Below, piece by piece: positions 61,642-64,000 of a stretch of DNA of 64,000 bases; within the stretch, counting starts at the first letter, position 1, and the number at the start of each line of letters is the position of its first letter. Location of the stretch: positions 2,559,202 to 2,623,201 of the forward strand of contig BFEA01000010.1 in the NCBI GenBank assembly GCA_003427395.1. The letters run 5' to 3'. Position numbers and translations under genes: made by a program. The notes under the pieces are model-generated. The model ran no database searches and was not told the DNA's origin. It saw only the letters and a list, made by a program, of their open reading frames with translations. Source of the DNA: Chara braunii. Lineage: Eukaryota > Plantae > Charophyceae.

Positions 61642-64000
61642 TGCAATCAAGGTAAATGTTTTACCTCAAGGAACTAACCGTACAGCTGCTGCGAAAACAG
61701 TCACCCGCTACCCGGTAAGGCTCCCATTCTCCCTCTCTCTCTTTCTTTAGTTGTCTGCTTTTCTTCCCCTGTATGTTTGTTTGTCTGTCCTTATCAGTGT
61801 GTGTCTGTCTGTGTCTGTCGGAGGTTGTCCGTGTCTGTAAGAGACTGTCTCAGTCCGTCTGAGACATTTTGAGTCTGTCCCTTGTATAGTTTATTAGCTC
61901 ATCACATGCCAATGTGGTTGTCGGGTCTCGGACCGTGGGTCCGCCCCGTGGAGGTCAAAGTCGCAACAGTCTAAAGAGGTCAAGGTCGTAGATGCTATAG
62001 CACAGAAGGGTAACGTCCACAGACCATCTGGAAGGTCTGGAAGCGACTCTTGAATCGTTGCTCTACAGCGGCCCAGAGGCCAAGTGGGCCGCTGCACTTT
62101 CATCCCTTGCCGAATCAGCAGTACCCAGTCTCGGTCTCACTCAATCTAGTCAGCGAGTACCGTATGAGACCGTGTGTACTGGTCCTGGTCAGTCAGAGCC
62201 CAGTCCACCGAGTACTGTATGGGATTGTGTATGCTCAGGGCAAATGGAAAAGGGTAGGCAGGGGCGGACATGGCCGCCATAGCTTTAGCAGTAAGATGGC
62301 GTAGTGTGCGTGTGCACAGCAAGTAGCATGTAGGATATTCAAGGCGAGTCACTGTATCCTGAACAGGGAGTCGCACGAGCGCTGAGTCACCATAGTCATT
62401 GAAAGTGAGCCCGTCTCTGAGTTGTCATATCTCTGAGTTTTGAGTGGGCGCTGTCGTGGCAAACACCCTTACAAGGGTATTTGCCGTTGTTTTGAAAGGT
62501 CGCGCTGGGTCCGACCTTGGCCACAGAAACGTGCCGATAGGACGAGTTCTGACGGTACTCGCGTCTTAGTAATTTGTTGAAAGCGATTTGATTAAGCTAA
62601 GTATGCTGAGGTTAGAGAGTGTGTGGGCATACTCTTTTGAGTATGCGATTGTCGTAATTAGCGATTGCGGTCGGATTGACGGCCAACACAGAAACCGGCC
62701 CCTTTGGGCAAAGATACAAGGCATCGGGGGATTAAACTTTGATAAGCAAGTGTCATATGCGTCTTATGTGCGGGCGCGATAGTTGATTTTGTAAGTAAGA
62801 CTGGTTGTTTTGTTACCAGTATTGAGAAAAGTCAGTTGAACTTCGTTGTCAAATCGATGGCGGCTCGGTGTAAAGTAGTGCCCGCAACGGCAACGAGTAT
62901 TAGGAGTAAGGGCCTTAGTACTACCGAGGCAGCTCATTAGGCCATCACTAGTAGGGGCTCCGCATACCGAGTGCGAAGATCGCGGCCCTGGGGCCAGCGG
63001 CGCGACCGAGTAGGGGGAGAGCCTACTTGAATATGTATGGTAGGCCTACCTGGTGGCGGATACTACTTGAATGAAGTTCCACGTGCGATTGTGTCAGGTT
63101 TGGGTTTAGCCCTATTGGTTACGACATTCACCTTCACCAGGGAGATCCGGGGATTGAGGCTAGCAAGCAACGATAGAGTAGAAGAGCGCAATTGGAAGAG
63201 ACTGAGGGGTTGAGGGTCCTTAGGGACTATCCCCCTTGGTTTTGCCGAACGGGTCCAGCCGGGGTCTAACTGGCGAAACCAAGAGGGCGCCGGCGGGGCC
63301 TCGTTGTCGTCGGTTCTACTAATTTCATTTTTGATATGTTTTTACTTGTATTTTTTATTTTTATTTTTCTTCTCTTCAATCCCGTCTTGAACCAAGCAGG
63401 AAAACTGGCTCTGGGACCGACGGCGAAAAAGTACCGCAAGGAAGGATGAAAGGAACCTTGAAAGAAAGAAAAGAACGCTTGAAATTGTTGAGCGATGAGC
63501 GGATGGAGAGAAGTCGTGTACCCATACCTGGTCGAGGGCAGACGGCGACTTGGTCGTCCCCATCATTGGCCAGTACGCTGGGTGCCTGCCAGCATGGGTT
63601 GCTGTGACAGCATTGCATTGGGGAATGATTGGAACTTTCCCCCACGGGTGGCCGTCACGGCAGCCGATGACCTTGAGTACGCGCCTCTTTTAGCAGTAAC
63701 GTTCGGGGTCCTGCGTACTCGGGGTGATGACAAAATTCCTCTATCCTACCCGTCTTGAAAGCACAGACCGAAGGGGCCAACGTGTCGGTGAGCCTGTGGG
63801 TGCAAAGCCCTCGAAGCAGCCGGATCCCGAGTGGCAGGGATCTCCGGCAGATGCACCGTCCGCTAGCCAGGATCTGCTGTTGGAAGGCTTGAGTGTGAGC
63901 AGGCCCGTGGGACCCGAAAAATAGTGAACTGTGCCCGGGCAAGGCACAGTCTAACAGCTAAGATTTGCTGTAAAGAGGTTTGAGTGTGAACAGGTCTGCG
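61642..64000 (+). mobile_element. Probable LTR related to family B, running off the window
   Basis: Begins TGCAAT. Short motifs in the same order as the family B LTR (ACAGCT..CTGCGAA..CTACCC; GGTCGTAGA.GCT; CCATAGCT). Confidence 0.4.

Overview
Eukaryotic, transposon-saturated genomic DNA with five N-gaps. No intact host gene, rRNA, tRNA or CRISPR array could be supported. The repeat and protein style suggests a charophyte alga such as Chara; this is inference and was not verified. The window is a nest of decayed Ty3/Gypsy LTR retrotransposons. (1) Family A is present three times. Copy 1 (+, 1-18245) has three tandem paralogous unknown ORFs, protease and gag fragments, no RT/RNase H/integrase, an ~11 kb 3' region with seven tandem arrays and repeated hairpins, a PPT and a 3' LTR. 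Copy 2 (-, 18246-31709) has a degenerate gag-PR-RT-RNaseH-IN and is the apparent target of copy 1. Copy 3 (-, ~35745-42329) retains only the 3' region. (2) A 1.1 kb hAT-like non-autonomous element with an 8-bp TSD splits the integrase of copy 2. (3) A chromovirus-type element (-, 42330-48047) has one 2.6 kb LTR with a PPT and integrase-chromodomain on one side and a tRNA-iMet PBS and gag on the other, i.e. a shared-LTR tandem or permuted circle. (4) A further + strand element has a PBS at 53835 and a gag-like ORF. (5) There are unclassified LTR-like blocks, one containing a 71-bp array, plus many microsatellites. All alignments were done by eye; coordinates of degenerate features are approximate.
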